In this document: piece after piece, positions 17,270 through 29,073 of the stretch
How the letters are laid out: each line of letters starts with the position of its first letter
Position numbering within the stretch: the first letter of the stretch is position 1
NCBI GenBank assembly: GCA_965207225.1
Contig: CBDBLV010000005.1
Location: 672,001-736,000, forward strand
Length of the DNA stretch: 64,000 bases
Direction of reading: 5' to 3'
Origin: Dehalococcoidia bacterium
GTDB lineage: Bacteria; Chloroflexota; Dehalococcoidia; Plut-88900
The notes under the pieces: generated by a model
Seen by the model: only the letters and a program-made list of their open reading frames with translations
What the model was told of the DNA's origin: nothing
Databases searched by the model: none
Translations under genes and position numbers: made by a program

Positions 17270-17563
17270 TTGGCAAGAACGTTTGAACCGCTGGGCGATG
17301 GAGTTCTGCTCAAGCCCATGGAAAAAGAAGAGGTCACGGCAAGCGGCCTCGTTCTCCCCGACACCGCTAAGGAGAAGCCCCAGGAGGGAGAGGTTATCGC
17401 CGTTGGCCCAGGCCGTCTCGGTGAAGACGGCAACCGGGTTGCCATGGAGGTGGCAAAAGGCGACGTAGTCCTCTACCGCAAGTACTCCGGCACCGAGATA
17501 AAGGAAGGTGACGACGAGTACCTGATCGTTAGGGAGTCCGACATCGTCGCCAAGATATCCTAG
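17270..17563 (+). CDS. groES: Co-chaperonin GroES
   Basis: [26 protein letters not shown]; AGGAGG RBS then TTG start. Confidence 0.97.
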   Translation: MARTFEPLGDGVLLKPMEKEEVTASGLVLPDTAKEKPQEGEVIAVGPGRLGEDGNRVAMEVAKGDVVLYRKYSGTEIKEGDDEYLIVRESDIVAKIS

Positions 17564-17608
17564 GCCCTTCTAACCAGAAGGCCAGGAACAGTTACGAAAG
17601 GAGCATAA

Positions 17609-19228
<1,620 letters not shown>

Positions 19229-19261
19229 TCCACAGGCACAGGGTCCCAAACCCGAATAGCA

Positions 19262-19305
19262 ATAATGGGCCGACGCCCAGGCGTCGGTCCATTATCTTTC
19301 TATTC
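19262..19305 (+). terminator. Intrinsic terminator after groEL
   Basis: ATAATGGGCCGACGCC-ca-GGCGTCGGTCCATTAT followed by a T-rich tract. Confidence 0.8.
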
Positions 19306-19372
19306 TTAGTGGCCCGCCTGGCCTGTCGTATCTAGGAAAGGCATCGTTTTCCTGGCCTTCCACATTCCTTAA

Positions 19373-19500
19373 TGTCATTCCGATGCCCTGCGAGGAATCT
19401 GGGGTGGAGGCCTTCCCTCTCCTGTAGCGGCGTCCCTCGTGGGCGCCTTCCCTGGGAAGTGGGGCCGCTCATCCTGAGCGAAGTCAAAGGGTCGAACGTG
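19373..19500 (+). repeat. Composite repeat cluster: family D, GTAG REP and family C
   Basis: Units at 19373-19400, 19424-19447 and 19461-19500, between convergent genes. Confidence 0.8.
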
Positions 19501-19526
19501 GTCGCCTACGCCTCGCTAACTCACCC

Positions 19527-20552
19527 CTACTTCAACCACGGCTTGATCAACAGCTTACCGAACTGCCGCCTCTCTTCCATCATCTGGTGCGCTTCCTTCG
19601 CACCCTCCAGCGGGTACACGCTGTCGATCGCCGGCCTTATCCTCCCCTGTGCAACCACCTTCAACAGCTGCGCCAGCTCATGCCGGGACCCGAGATACGA
19701 TCCGATTAACGTCAGCTGCTTTATGAACAGCTCCTGGATGTTGATCCGCCCATAAACACCCGTGTGCGCCCCGGACGTCACCAGCCGGCCGTTGAACGCC
19801 AAACACCCGATGCTCCCCTCCCACGTATCCGTCCCTATGTGCTCCACAACAATGTCCACCCCCCGCCCCTCCGTCAGCCCTATCACCATATCCTTGAAAT
19901 CATCTTTGGAGTAGTTGATCGTCTCGTCGGCACCTATCTGCCGGGCTCTCTCCAGCTTAATGTCCGACGATGCCGTCGCTATCACCCGTGCCCCGGCCAT
20001 CTTCGCTATCTGGATCGCCCCACTCCCTACCCCGCTGCCCGCTGCCTGGACCAGCACGTCCTCACCGCTCCGCACCTTCGCCCGCGTTATAAGCATGTGC
20101 CAGGCCGTGAGGTAAGCAAGCGCTACCGACGCTGCCTGGTCGTAGGACACTTCGGGTGGCAGCGTAATCAGGCTGGAAGCCGGTGCCGTCGTGAACTCCG
20201 CGTATCCGCCCGGGATGCTCGCTGCTTGGAGGCACATCCCCTCCTCACCTATCCGGCACGGCTCGCAGTTGCCGCATGGGAATCGTGGAATCACGGTCAC
20301 CCGGTCCCCGGGCTCGAAGTCCCTGACCAGTTCCCCAACCTCCACGATCTCACCCGCCACCTCACGGCCCGGTATCGCCGGCAACGGGATGTTCGCCCCA
20401 ATGATGCCCTGTCGCAGGTACAGGTCCACGTGGTTCACACCACACGCCCAGACCTTTATAAGCACATCCAGCGGGCCGATTTCCGGATTGGGCGCCTTGC
20501 GGACTTCCAGGACTTCAGGGCCGCCGTGTTCCTCTATCAGTACAGCTCTCAA
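19527..20552 (-). CDS. Zinc-binding MDR dehydrogenase / quinone oxidoreductase
   Basis: HGGPEVL, CGNCEPC..C structural Zn cluster, AAGSGVG and GK terminus. Confidence 0.9.
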   Translation of the reverse strand: MRAVLIEEHGGPEVLEVRKAPNPEIGPLDVLIKVWACGVNHVDLYLRQGIIGANIPLPAIPGREVAGEIVEVGELVRDFEPGDRVTVIPRFPCGNCEPCRIGEEGMCLQAASIPGGYAEFTTAPASSLITLPPEVSYDQAASVALAYLTAWHMLITRAKVRSGEDVLVQAAGSGVGSGAIQIAKMAGARVIATASSDIKLERARQIGADETINYSKDDFKDMVIGLTEGRGVDIVVEHIGTDTWEGSIGCLAFNGRLVTSGAHTGVYGRINIQELFIKQLTLIGSYLGSRHELAQLLKVVAQGRIRPAIDSVYPLEGAKEAHQMMEERRQFGKLLIKPWLK

Positions 20553-20627
20553 TCCGGCTTGCCCCTCTTTTTCCTATGTCTGGCTCCCCATAGGGAACAC
20601 GCTCGGACGGGTGGCCTCGAACTTGGG

Positions 20628-21599
20628 CTAGGCTACACCAAGCTCTGCTTTTACCAGGTCCACACCCCGTTTCACCGCTATCAGCTTGTCCTTCGCTTCC
20701 CCCACCGTCCTTGTCTTCAGGCCGCAATCGGGATCGACCAGGACCTTGTCGGGCGAGAACTGGGTCAGGATGCGGCGCAGCCCGTCTGCGACCTCTTCCG
20801 GCCCCTCTATCCTGTGGCTGTGTACATCCACCACTCCGGCGGACAGCATCTTTCTGAACGGGTGCGTGGCGAACACGTCCAGGAGCTGGTATCCAGCGTT
20901 CGCCATCTCAAGATCGAAGATGTCTACCGGCATGTCCAGCATCCGCGGGTAAATCTTCGCAAAGTCTCCGTAGCAAATATGCGTAATCGTCGTCGCCGAA
21001 AGCCCCTCTGTCACCACACCCATCGCCCGGATCGCCACGTCTATCTCCTCTGGCCTCGTGGATAGCGCCGGCTCGTCTATCTGGATGTACTTAGCCCCCG
21101 CGGCCTCCAGGTCCCGGGCCTCATCCCTCACGAACTCCGCCACGTTCATGATGAACGCTTCCCGGTTCGGGAAATACTCGTCGAATGACCAGTCGCAGAT
21201 CGTATACGGCCCCGTCAACATCCCCTTCACCGGCTTGTCCGTCAGGCTCTGCGCGTATTTCCAAGTGTCCAGCGTTACTGGTCGTTTCCTCCGTATCGGA
21301 CCCGTTGCAATCGGCTTGCGGTAGTACCGGTTTCCGTAGGACCGTACCAGCCCGCTGATTCCCATCCCCTCCAGGTTCTCCGCGAAGAACGTGACCATAT
21401 CCCCGCGGTCCATCTCCCCGTCCACCAGTATGTCAATCCCGATCTCCTCCTGCGCCTCAATCCACTCCCGGGTCGCCTGCAGCTCCAAGTCTCGCAGCTC
21501 CTGCCGGTCCATCTCCCCCCGCGACACCCGACCCCTCGCCTTCCTCAAATATGGCGGCTTGGGGAAGCTCCCCACCGAAGTAGTCAACAAAGGCCCCAT
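20628..21599 (-). CDS. metE: Cobalamin-independent methionine synthase, catalytic (C-terminal-type) subunit
   Basis: TTSVGSFP, DGEMDRGDMV, KGMLTGPYT, IQIDEPA and Zn ligands HICY...E...PDCGLKT. Confidence 0.9.
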   Translation of the reverse strand: MGPLLTTSVGSFPKPPYLRKARGRVSRGEMDRQELRDLELQATREWIEAQEEIGIDILVDGEMDRGDMVTFFAENLEGMGISGLVRSYGNRYYRKPIATGPIRRKRPVTLDTWKYAQSLTDKPVKGMLTGPYTICDWSFDEYFPNREAFIMNVAEFVRDEARDLEAAGAKYIQIDEPALSTRPEEIDVAIRAMGVVTEGLSATTITHICYGDFAKIYPRMLDMPVDIFDLEMANAGYQLLDVFATHPFRKMLSAGVVDVHSHRIEGPEEVADGLRRILTQFSPDKVLVDPDCGLKTRTVGEAKDKLIAVKRGVDLVKAELGVA

Positions 21600-22571
21600 C
21601 TAGCTCACCGTCTCCTTCAATGCCGCGGCGCCCTCGGCCATGCGCCTCAGCTTGGCTATCGCCGTCTCCCGGGGCAGGTAATCGAGCCCGCAGCTTGGTG
21701 TTAGATGAATCCTGCCCAAAGACACCCGGGTAGAAACATCCATGACGGTCTTCGCAATCTGTTCCACCGACTCCATACGCACGTTGCGCGCATCCAGGAT
21801 TCCCAACCCCAGCGTCTTGTCAGTCGGGAACCCGTCCAGCAGATCGAAGTTAGCGGAGCCCATCACGAAGTCCAGCCCAAACCCATCAAAGTCCAAATCA
21901 AAGAACCCCTCCAGCCCCGACACATCCCCGAACCACGTATACAGCATCCGCTCGACTTTAAGTTCCCGCGTGAACCTCTCCATAACCTGTTGGAACAGTC
22001 CCCAGTCCTCCTTGTTCCTCACGATCGCCGGCTCATCCACCTGCAGTATGGGCACCCCCTCACCCTCCAGCGCCATGGCCTCCTGCCTCATCGCATCGGC
22101 CAGTTCCATCGCCAGGTGCGCAAGGTCTCGGTGGTGCTCGGAGCGGGACAGCTTGGCCAGTGTGTAGGGGCCCGTGATAATGGCCTTAACAGGCAACGAT
22201 GTGCAACTCGTAGCAAACCGGTAATCGTCCACCGTTATCGGCCCTGACCACCCCACCGGCCCCTTCGCCACCGGCTGCCGGTAGTACGTGTTCGTATCGA
22301 AATAGCGAAGCAGTCCCGTCGCCTCGAACCCGTCTAACTGCCGCGCAATATAGGTCTGCCCGTCGTCCCACCTGATCATCCCGTCAGTCACCATGTCCAG
22401 CCCCGCGCTTTCCTGCTCTTTGATCACTTCCCGGGTGACTTCGTCCTCCACCCGCGCCAGATCCTCGGGGGTAATCTCTCCCCTGTCGGAGCGGGCTATG
22501 GCCCTGCGGAGCTTCTGGCCATCGGGCCCTCTGCCAATCTTTGGGTAATTTCCTACGGCTGTGAGTTTCAT
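21600..22571 (-). CDS. MetE-like N-terminal (folate-binding type) subunit of a split methionine synthase
   Basis: RYFDTNTYYRQP, QVDEP, YTWFG in place of HxC, and ARN...PSCGL; abuts the catalytic subunit gene. Confidence 0.85.
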   Translation of the reverse strand: MKLTAVGNYPKIGRGPDGQKLRRAIARSDRGEITPEDLARVEDEVTREVIKEQESAGLDMVTDGMIRWDDGQTYIARQLDGFEATGLLRYFDTNTYYRQPVAKGPVGWSGPITVDDYRFATSCTSLPVKAIITGPYTLAKLSRSEHHRDLAHLAMELADAMRQEAMALEGEGVPILQVDEPAIVRNKEDWGLFQQVMERFTRELKVERMLYTWFGDVSGLEGFFDLDFDGFGLDFVMGSANFDLLDGFPTDKTLGLGILDARNVRMESVEQIAKTVMDVSTRVSLGRIHLTPSCGLDYLPRETAIAKLRRMAEGAAALKETVS

Positions 22572-22684
22572 TTCCCTGTAGCGGCTGGCAATCCTATCAC
22601 AGGCATGTCCCGGTCACAATAAGATCGGTCTGGTTCCCTGCATCTAGTAGACTGCTCTTTAGGTTTAGCATGACTCGATGACGT

Positions 22685-23989
22685 TTAGCTGCGCAGGTCC
22701 CTCAAAGACTCTTCCGCCACCGCCAGCGTCCGGTCTATATCCTCCTCTGAATGCACCAACGATACATACATCTTCGGCCCGCCGGGCACCGTCCACACCC
22801 CCCGACGTATCATCCCCGTCTTGAACCGGTACGCCATATCCCCATCCGCCGACCATGTGTCCCGATACCCTTCCACAGCCCTGTCCGTGAACATCACGTC
22901 CACTATCGACTCCTCCTGGCACACGAACATCGGCACTTCCAGCATCTGGCTCAGCTCCTTCAACCCGTCGCCCAGCCTCTTCCCCATCACCGACAACCGC
23001 TCATACTGTCCGGGTCTGCGCAATACGTTCAACGCCGCCCGACCCGCCGCCATCGACACCGGGTTCCCGCTGAACGTCCCTCCGTACATCGCCACCTCCC
23101 CCCGACTCGCGGCCTCCGGCGTGAACGGGTAGAACAACTCCTCCCGACCCACTATCGCCCCGATGGGATATCCACCACCCATTATCTTTCCTAGCGTTGC
23201 CAGGTCCGGCGTGACGCCGTAATACTCCTGGCCCCCTCCCCACGCCAGCCGAAACCCGGTCACGACCTCGTCAAAGATCAGGATTACCCCGCACTGGCTT
23301 GTCACCTCCCTCAGCCCCTCCAGGAACTCCACCTTCGGCGGAATGTTCCGCTGAACAGGCTCGACGATCACGGCTGCCAACTCATCCTTGTTCTCCTCAA
23401 TCAGCCTCGCGGTCGTCTCCAGGTCATTGAAGGGCGCGGCCAAAACCAGCCCCGACAGCGCATCCGGTATCCCCCGCGAGTCCCGAGGCGGATTGGGATA
23501 CTCGAAAGGTTCCTTGTGAGTTCCTCCCCACGCTGTATAGTCGTGAGTCCCGTGGTAGGCCCCCTCCATCTTCATGATCTTCTGCTTGCCCGTGATCGCC
23601 CTGGCCAGCTTCAGGGCCGTCATCGTCGCCTCGTTCCCCGACCCCGTGAACTTGACCCTCTCCGCACACGGCACGGCATTCACCAACGTCTCCGCTAGGT
23701 CGATCATAGGCTCGCTCAGGTTGTAGTACTGCGAACCGGCCCCCGCCTGCGTCTCCACAGCTTCCACCACCTCCGGATGCGCGTGCCCCAGGATCAGCGG
23801 CCCCGACCCCATTACATAATCGATGTATTCCTTCCCATCCACGTCCCAGAACTTGCTCCCCTCCCCCCGTGCCACGATCGGCTGGAGTTCGCGCGGCAGA
23901 GACCCGTGCGTCGTGTGGTGCATCGTGCCTCCCGCCAGGAACTGCGAGGCCCGGCCCATTAGCTCCGCGCTGGACTGTCCTTCAGACAT
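22685..23989 (-). CDS. Class III aminotransferase, glutamate-1-semialdehyde aminomutase-like
   Basis: DVDGKEYID, GPLILGH, FDEVVTGFR, LGKIMGGG and GTFSGNP; RBS supports ATG 23989. Confidence 0.9.
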   Translation of the reverse strand: MSEGQSSAELMGRASQFLAGGTMHHTTHGSLPRELQPIVARGEGSKFWDVDGKEYIDYVMGSGPLILGHAHPEVVEAVETQAGAGSQYYNLSEPMIDLAETLVNAVPCAERVKFTGSGNEATMTALKLARAITGKQKIMKMEGAYHGTHDYTAWGGTHKEPFEYPNPPRDSRGIPDALSGLVLAAPFNDLETTARLIEENKDELAAVIVEPVQRNIPPKVEFLEGLREVTSQCGVILIFDEVVTGFRLAWGGGQEYYGVTPDLATLGKIMGGGYPIGAIVGREELFYPFTPEAASRGEVAMYGGTFSGNPVSMAAGRAALNVLRRPGQYERLSVMGKRLGDGLKELSQMLEVPMFVCQEESIVDVMFTDRAVEGYRDTWSADGDMAYRFKTGMIRRGVWTVPGGPKMYVSLVHSEEDIDRTLAVAEESLRDLRS

Positions 23990-24091
23990 GATTTCTCCTT
24001 CTGGACATGGGGTGTGGGACGGCAGAGAGTATAGCACGGCTCGTGCCTGCTCCCTGTAGATTTGACCCTCTCTGGTCCCGTGTCCCGACCC

Positions 24092-24865
24092 CTAACCTTT
24101 CCGTTCAGGCAGCGCTGCCAACCTGTCCAGAAACCCCGCCGACCTCACTTCCCTCTCCAGCTGATAACGGATGTACCGGCTCAGCGCCAACTCCATCTCC
24201 CCCGCCAGCCCCTCCGGCGTTTCCTTCTCCGCAATCGCCGATGCATCTGAGTTCCTCAAATACCTGAACGACACCACCGCATCCCGAGACATCGGAAACG
24301 CAGACCCTTCCCCATCAGCACACTCCGAGCACAGCACCCCACCAGACCTCGGGCTGAACCAGGCCCCTCCCCTGAACTCCGTCTCCCGACACGACACGCA
24401 AGAGTCCAGCTCCGGCGCAAATCCGAGGATGGACAGCAGCCTCAACTCGAATCTGCGCAGCACGAGCCCCCCGTCCCGGTTCACGGTAAGCGCATTCAGC
24501 GTCTCGAGGAAAGCCTCGTAAAGCTCCGGGCTGGCGTCCTCCTCCCCCGTAAACAGGTCTAGCAGCTCCGCAACATAGAATCCCTGCGCCGTCCGCTCCA
24601 AATCGTCCCGCAACCCCACAAAACTGTCGATTGGACTAACCTGGCTGATTACGTCCAGGTTAGTCCCCCTAGCTATTAGCAACGACACCCGTGACAGCGG
24701 CTCAACATGCCCACCCACCCGACTCTTCGGCTTCAACACCCCCTTCCCCACCACCCTCAGCTTCCCCACGTACGGGCAGTACACCGTAATAATCTTGTCC
24801 GCGTCCCCCAAATCCTGGTGCCTCAGCACCACCCCCTCAGTCTTATATACCCGCGCCCTGACCAT
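24092..24865 (-). CDS. recO: DNA repair protein RecO
   Basis: TEGVVLR...DADK OB fold, FELRLL..LGF.P, and CxxC...GGxxCxxC. Confidence 0.93.
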   Translation of the reverse strand: MVRARVYKTEGVVLRHQDLGDADKIITVYCPYVGKLRVVGKGVLKPKSRVGGHVEPLSRVSLLIARGTNLDVISQVSPIDSFVGLRDDLERTAQGFYVAELLDLFTGEEDASPELYEAFLETLNALTVNRDGGLVLRRFELRLLSILGFAPELDSCVSCRETEFRGGAWFSPRSGGVLCSECADGEGSAFPMSRDAVVSFRYLRNSDASAIAEKETPEGLAGEMELALSRYIRYQLEREVRSAGFLDRLAALPERKG

Positions 24866-24904
24866 ACCGGCATTATACGTCCGCTGGCCCCCCCACGCCG
24901 TCTA

Positions 24905-24932
24905 TGTCATCCCGAGGCCCCGCGAGGGATCT
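24905..24932 (+). repeat. Repeat family D copy
   Basis: TGTCATCCCGAGGCCCCGCGAGGGATCT. Confidence 0.75.
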
Positions 24933-25081
24933 AAGGCGTCTGCTTAAAGGAAACCGTCGCTTAGCCTGACCAGCCTCTGTATATTGGGGGGTAGCAAGTG
25001 CCTAAGCAGGATGCTCAGAAGTCTCGACTAAGAACCTAAGTGGAAAGGGAATGAACAATAGATTCGAGACCCGGCCCACCC

Positions 25082-25687
25082 CTACAACTCCTGCCGACCC
25101 TCCAGCGCCCGAGCCAACGTCAGGTCATCCACGTACTCCAGGTCCCCGCCCGCGGGGAGCCCCCTCGCCAGCCTCGTAACCCGGATCCCCAGCGGCGATA
25201 TCAACCCGTTCAGGTACATGCAAGTCGCATCCCCTTCGATGTTCGGGTTGATCCCGAGGATGATCTCCTTCACCTGCCCGTCCCGAAGCCTCTCCAGCAG
25301 CTCCTTCACCTTCAGGTCCTCGGGCGTGATCCCGTTCATCGGCGATATCACCCCGTGCAGAACGTGAAACAGCCCCTGGAACTTCCCCGACCTCTCGATT
25401 GGCAGGATGTCCAGCGGCTCCTCCACCACGCAGATCTGGCTCCTGTCCCGACGAAAGTCGCTACACAGTGGACAGACTTCAGTCTCAGCAATGTTCTGGC
25501 ACGAGGCGCACAGCGTTGTCAGCTCCTTCACCGCCATGATCGCCTCGGACAGCGCCCGGGCCTCCTCATCCGGCAGCCGCACCAGGTGATAGGTCAGCCT
25601 CTGTGCAGTCTTCGGCCCGATCCCCGGCAGCCGGTGGAACGCCTCTATCAGCCGGGTCACCGCCGGCGACGTCGGAGAGCTGGCCAT
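25082..25687 (-). CDS. recR: Recombination mediator RecR
   Basis: LPGIGPKTAQR, C4 zinc finger, ICVVE, EGDAT and TRLARGLP. Confidence 0.97.
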   Translation of the reverse strand: MASSPTSPAVTRLIEAFHRLPGIGPKTAQRLTYHLVRLPDEEARALSEAIMAVKELTTLCASCQNIAETEVCPLCSDFRRDRSQICVVEEPLDILPIERSGKFQGLFHVLHGVISPMNGITPEDLKVKELLERLRDGQVKEIILGINPNIEGDATCMYLNGLISPLGIRVTRLARGLPAGGDLEYVDDLTLARALEGRQEL

Positions 25688-25702
25688 CGACTGCCCCGCC
25701 CC

Positions 25703-26014
25703 CTACATCCCCGGGATATTGAGGCCCGCCGTCAGACCTCCCAGGTGGCTCGACGCCAGGCCCTGCGACTTCTCGATCGCCTCGCTCACCGCCGCCTGTA
25801 CCAGGTCCTGCAGCATCTCCACGTCCTCCGGGTCCACCACGTCCGGCGATATCGTTATCGACTTCATCTCCTGCTTGCCGTTCATCACCACCTTCACCAT
25901 GCCCCCTCCCACGCTAGCTTCCACCTCCTTCTCCGCCAGCTCATCCTGTGCCTTGGCAAGCATCGCCTGCACGTCCTGCATCTGCTTCATCTGTCTTCGG
26001 AATTGCCTGTTCAT
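25703..26014 (-). CDS. ebfC: YbaB/EbfC nucleoid-associated protein
   Basis: GGGMVKV and DPEDVEMLQDLV; lies between dnaX and recR. Confidence 0.95.
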   Translation of the reverse strand: MNRQFRRQMKQMQDVQAMLAKAQDELAEKEVEASVGGGMVKVVMNGKQEMKSITISPDVVDPEDVEMLQDLVQAAVSEAIEKSQGLASSHLGGLTAGLNIPGM

Positions 26015-26047
26015 TCTCTGCTCCTGGTAAATGCCGGTTGCCGGTTC

Positions 26048-27835
26048 CTAGCCCTTCTCGATGATCCGCGCTCCCATCTCCAGCGCCGCCTTCACCAGCG
26101 GCCCAGGGCCCTGCTCCGACACCGAAGCCACCGATACGTCATTGGCGCCCGACGGCGCCTGCTGTTGGCCGTACCCGCCGTTAGCAGGAGCAGGCTCCCG
26201 GATCTCGGGACCCGCGTCTCGGTAGGTCGGGGCTGGGGTGGGGTTGTTCTTGCCCACCAGGTCGCACCGGATCCGGTATGGCCCCCCGAATACGTCGTTG
26301 ACCTTCTTCTCAACCAGGTGCCGGTACTTCGGGTCGTCGATCTTGTTCTTGTGAAACTCGTGGTAGAAGCCGATTACCAGCGTATCGCCTTCCAGGGCCA
26401 CCGGCTCGCACGCGCTTCTCAGCAAGGCATCCAGGCTCCCCTTTGACCCGACCCCCCTCAATGCATCTACCAGTGCCGGCCACTTCTCCTTGAAGTCGGA
26501 TATGTCCCCGCTCTCCTGCGAGACTGGTGCCGGCTGCAAATCTGCAACTTTCATCGGCCTTACTGGCTCTTCCAACTCGGCTGGAGCCTCGGATGTCCCA
26601 TTGTCGGTTGCCGCCACAGCCGGCTTGGCTTCCGCCGCCCGGGGCCTTGGCTTCACTGGCTCAATGGGAGCCGGAATGCCCCCTCTCGGCGTTCCAACCG
26701 TTGCTGGTTTTCTCGTTGGCTCTCTTGCTGCCACCCTTGTTTCCACTGATGTCGATTCCGCCGCACCTAGCGCCACCTCGATGACGGCCATCTCCAGGTA
26801 CATCCCCCCCGACGAATCAGTCTTCACATTCGCCCTGCTCCAGGATGCCAATGCCCTCTGCAAAGTCTCGATGTCAGACCTCGAAGCCTGCTCCCTCGTC
26901 CCTTCCAGCTCCTCCTCCGGCATCTCGATTACGTCTCCGGCCCCGGCCTTTATCAACAGCAGACGACGTAAATGCTCCTGCATCTCACGGTGGAAGTGCC
27001 TCAGGTTCAGACCCTGCTCCGCCACCCCGTGCAACGCCCGTAGAGCCCCCGGCAGGTCTCCCGCCAGCATCCCCTCGGCAATCTCAACGATCGGCAGCCC
27101 CGACGACACCCCCAACAGCTCCTTCAAATGCTCCGCCTCGATATTCGTCCCGTATGAGACGATAAGCTGCTCCAGCAGGTTCTCCGCATCCCGCAGACTC
27201 CCCTCCGACGCCCTCACTATCGACTTCATCGCCCAGTCTCCGATCGTCACCCCCTCGTCCTCGCAAAGCTCCCTCAACCGACCCTCTACCGCCCCCTGGC
27301 TTAACCGCCGGAAGTCGAACCGCTGGCACCGGGACACGATTGTCACAGGCAGCCTGTGCGCCTCCGTTGTGGCCAGGATGAAGATCACATGTCCCGGCGG
27401 CTCTTCCAGCACCTTCAACAGGGCGTTGAATGCCGGTGTGGTCATCATGTGTACTTCGTCTATGATGTAGACCTTGAAAGGCGCCTCCGCCGGCGAGTAG
27501 TTCACCCTCTCCCTCAGCTCCCGCACCTCGTCAATTCCGCGGTTGGACGCCGCATCAATTTCGATAAGGTCCAATGCACTTCCCTGGCTCACCCCGACGC
27601 ACTGGACACACTCATTGCACGGCTCCCCCTTCCCGTTCCGTGAGCAGTTCACCGCCTTTGCCAGGATCCGCGCCGTGCTCGTCTTCCCCGTCCCCCGGGG
27701 CCCGCAAAACAGGTACGCGTGCGCCACCCGGCCTTGGGCTAGCGCGTTCAAAAGCGTCCGCGTGACGTGCTCCTGCCCCACCACCCCCGCCAGCGTCTGC
27801 GGCCGCCACTTCCTGTACAGCACTTCCGAGACCAT
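26048..27835 (-). CDS. dnaX: DNA polymerase III subunit gamma/tau
   Basis: YRKWRP, GPRGTGKT, EIDAASN, DEVHM, LEEPP and SRCQ. Confidence 0.98.
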   Translation of the reverse strand: MVSEVLYRKWRPQTLAGVVGQEHVTRTLLNALAQGRVAHAYLFCGPRGTGKTSTARILAKAVNCSRNGKGEPCNECVQCVGVSQGSALDLIEIDAASNRGIDEVRELRERVNYSPAEAPFKVYIIDEVHMMTTPAFNALLKVLEEPPGHVIFILATTEAHRLPVTIVSRCQRFDFRRLSQGAVEGRLRELCEDEGVTIGDWAMKSIVRASEGSLRDAENLLEQLIVSYGTNIEAEHLKELLGVSSGLPIVEIAEGMLAGDLPGALRALHGVAEQGLNLRHFHREMQEHLRRLLLIKAGAGDVIEMPEEELEGTREQASRSDIETLQRALASWSRANVKTDSSGGMYLEMAVIEVALGAAESTSVETRVAAREPTRKPATVGTPRGGIPAPIEPVKPRPRAAEAKPAVAATDNGTSEAPAELEEPVRPMKVADLQPAPVSQESGDISDFKEKWPALVDALRGVGSKGSLDALLRSACEPVALEGDTLVIGFYHEFHKNKIDDPKYRHLVEKKVNDVFGGPYRIRCDLVGKNNPTPAPTYRDAGPEIREPAPANGGYGQQQAPSGANDVSVASVSEQGPGPLVKAALEMGARIIEKG

Positions 27836-28335
27836 CAGCTTCGCTCCGGAGATAGCGAACTTCTCTCAATTCCCATCTTGCCCAGCGCCCTGGTCTCCAT
27901 CTCTTTCATTAGCTCCGCCTCGGAGACTATTTCGTGGTCGTAACCCAGAAGGTGAAACACGCCGTGGATCGTCAGGAACGCAATCTCGTCTTTGGTCTCG
28001 TGCCCTAGACCCTCGGCCTGTCGTTGGGCCTGCGGATAAGAGATTATCACTTCTCCCAGGTCCTGCTTGCCGCTCGGTGGGCTCACGAATCCCCCCTCCC
28101 CAACCTCCCCGCCCGTCATCGCGAACGACAGTACGTCCGTCGTCCCCTCCTTGCCCCTGAACCGTGCATTAAGCTCCGCCACCTCCTCGTCCCCCGTCAC
28201 CGCCACCGCCACTTCAGTGGCGTATCTGGCACCCTCTGTGTCCAGGGCGCAGGACACGGCTTTCTCTATCAATGCTTCGTCCAACTTGTCGCGATAAGGG
28301 GGCTCGATGAGAAGGCTTAGATCAAGGGGAGACAT
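27835..28335 (-). CDS. ybeY: rRNA maturation endoribonuclease YbeY
   Basis: LN..FR.K...TDVLSF and HGVFHLLGYDH; start position approximate. Confidence 0.95.
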   Translation of the reverse strand: MSPLDLSLLIEPPYRDKLDEALIEKAVSCALDTEGARYATEVAVAVTGDEEVAELNARFRGKEGTTDVLSFAMTGGEVGEGGFVSPPSGKQDLGEVIISYPQAQRQAEGLGHETKDEIAFLTIHGVFHLLGYDHEIVSEAELMKEMETRALGKMGIERSSLSPERS

Positions 28336-28451
28336 GCCACCAATGGCCGGAATCTGTGCTCCGATAATAGCACAGGCCCCCCGCGCCGAAAACCCCAACT
28401 CCACCTCCAAAGTGACTCTCTCTTCCCTCCCATTCCAATGCCTCCTTAACT

Positions 28452-29030
28452 GCAGGGATGTCCCTAGTGGGCATCCTCCCCGGCGGACGGGCCACCCACC
28501 CCGAGTTGCGTCGGACCCGTCACCCTTGCCTCCCCTCTCACCCCGACATCCCCCTTCCCATCCCGATGCCCCGCGGGGATCTGCAGCACCCCTCCGTCAC
28601 CCACCTCGTCCCCTGCAATCAGCCACTCGCTTACACGTCATTCCTGCGGAGGCAGAGCCTGCCCCTGCGAAGGCAGGGGAATCCATCCCTCCTAAATGAT
28701 CGCCTGCATCCCGGCAATCCACATCTAACCCCCTCCCCAAACCCACCCTACTCATTGCCACCCTCACACCTACCTGTCTCCTCCCTTGGCAAAGACATAT
28801 CAAAAATGCACTGCATTTTTGATATGTCAATAAAACAGGACGGGCGGGTGGGACCCATAATCATCCCGGGGTGGCGAGGAATTGTGTCCTTTCTTTATCC
28901 CCAGTACTGAACTAGAGGCCCACGTGGGTGCAGCGCACCCACGTGGGCCTCTGTTCTTCTTTCCCCCTCTCCCTTATAGGCCCTAAGGGAGAGGAGGACC
29001 AAGGGGCCGGGGGGATATTCCTCCCAAAAG
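28452..29030 (+). repeat. Composite repeat cluster: REP-like, family D, family F with 23-nt insert, family B copy 2, family A copy
   Basis: Units at 28452-28477, 28559-28582, 28637-28684, 28783-28876 and 28902-29006. The D-B-A order matches 514-920. Confidence 0.85.
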
Positions 29031-29044
29031 CCGCACATTTGCTC

Positions 29045-29073
29045 TTGACACACCTGTCCGACAGCACTATCAT
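29045..29073 (+). promoter_or_regulatory. sigma70 promoter with no clear downstream CDS
   Basis: TTGACA (29045-29050), 17-nt spacer, TATCAT (29068-29073). Confidence 0.7.

Noticed and set aside
26048-27835. Programmed frameshift in dnaX, or SRP RNA upstream of it
   Set aside because: I saw no A-AAA-AAG or long A-run, and dnaX is directly preceded by ybeY with no ffs motif.
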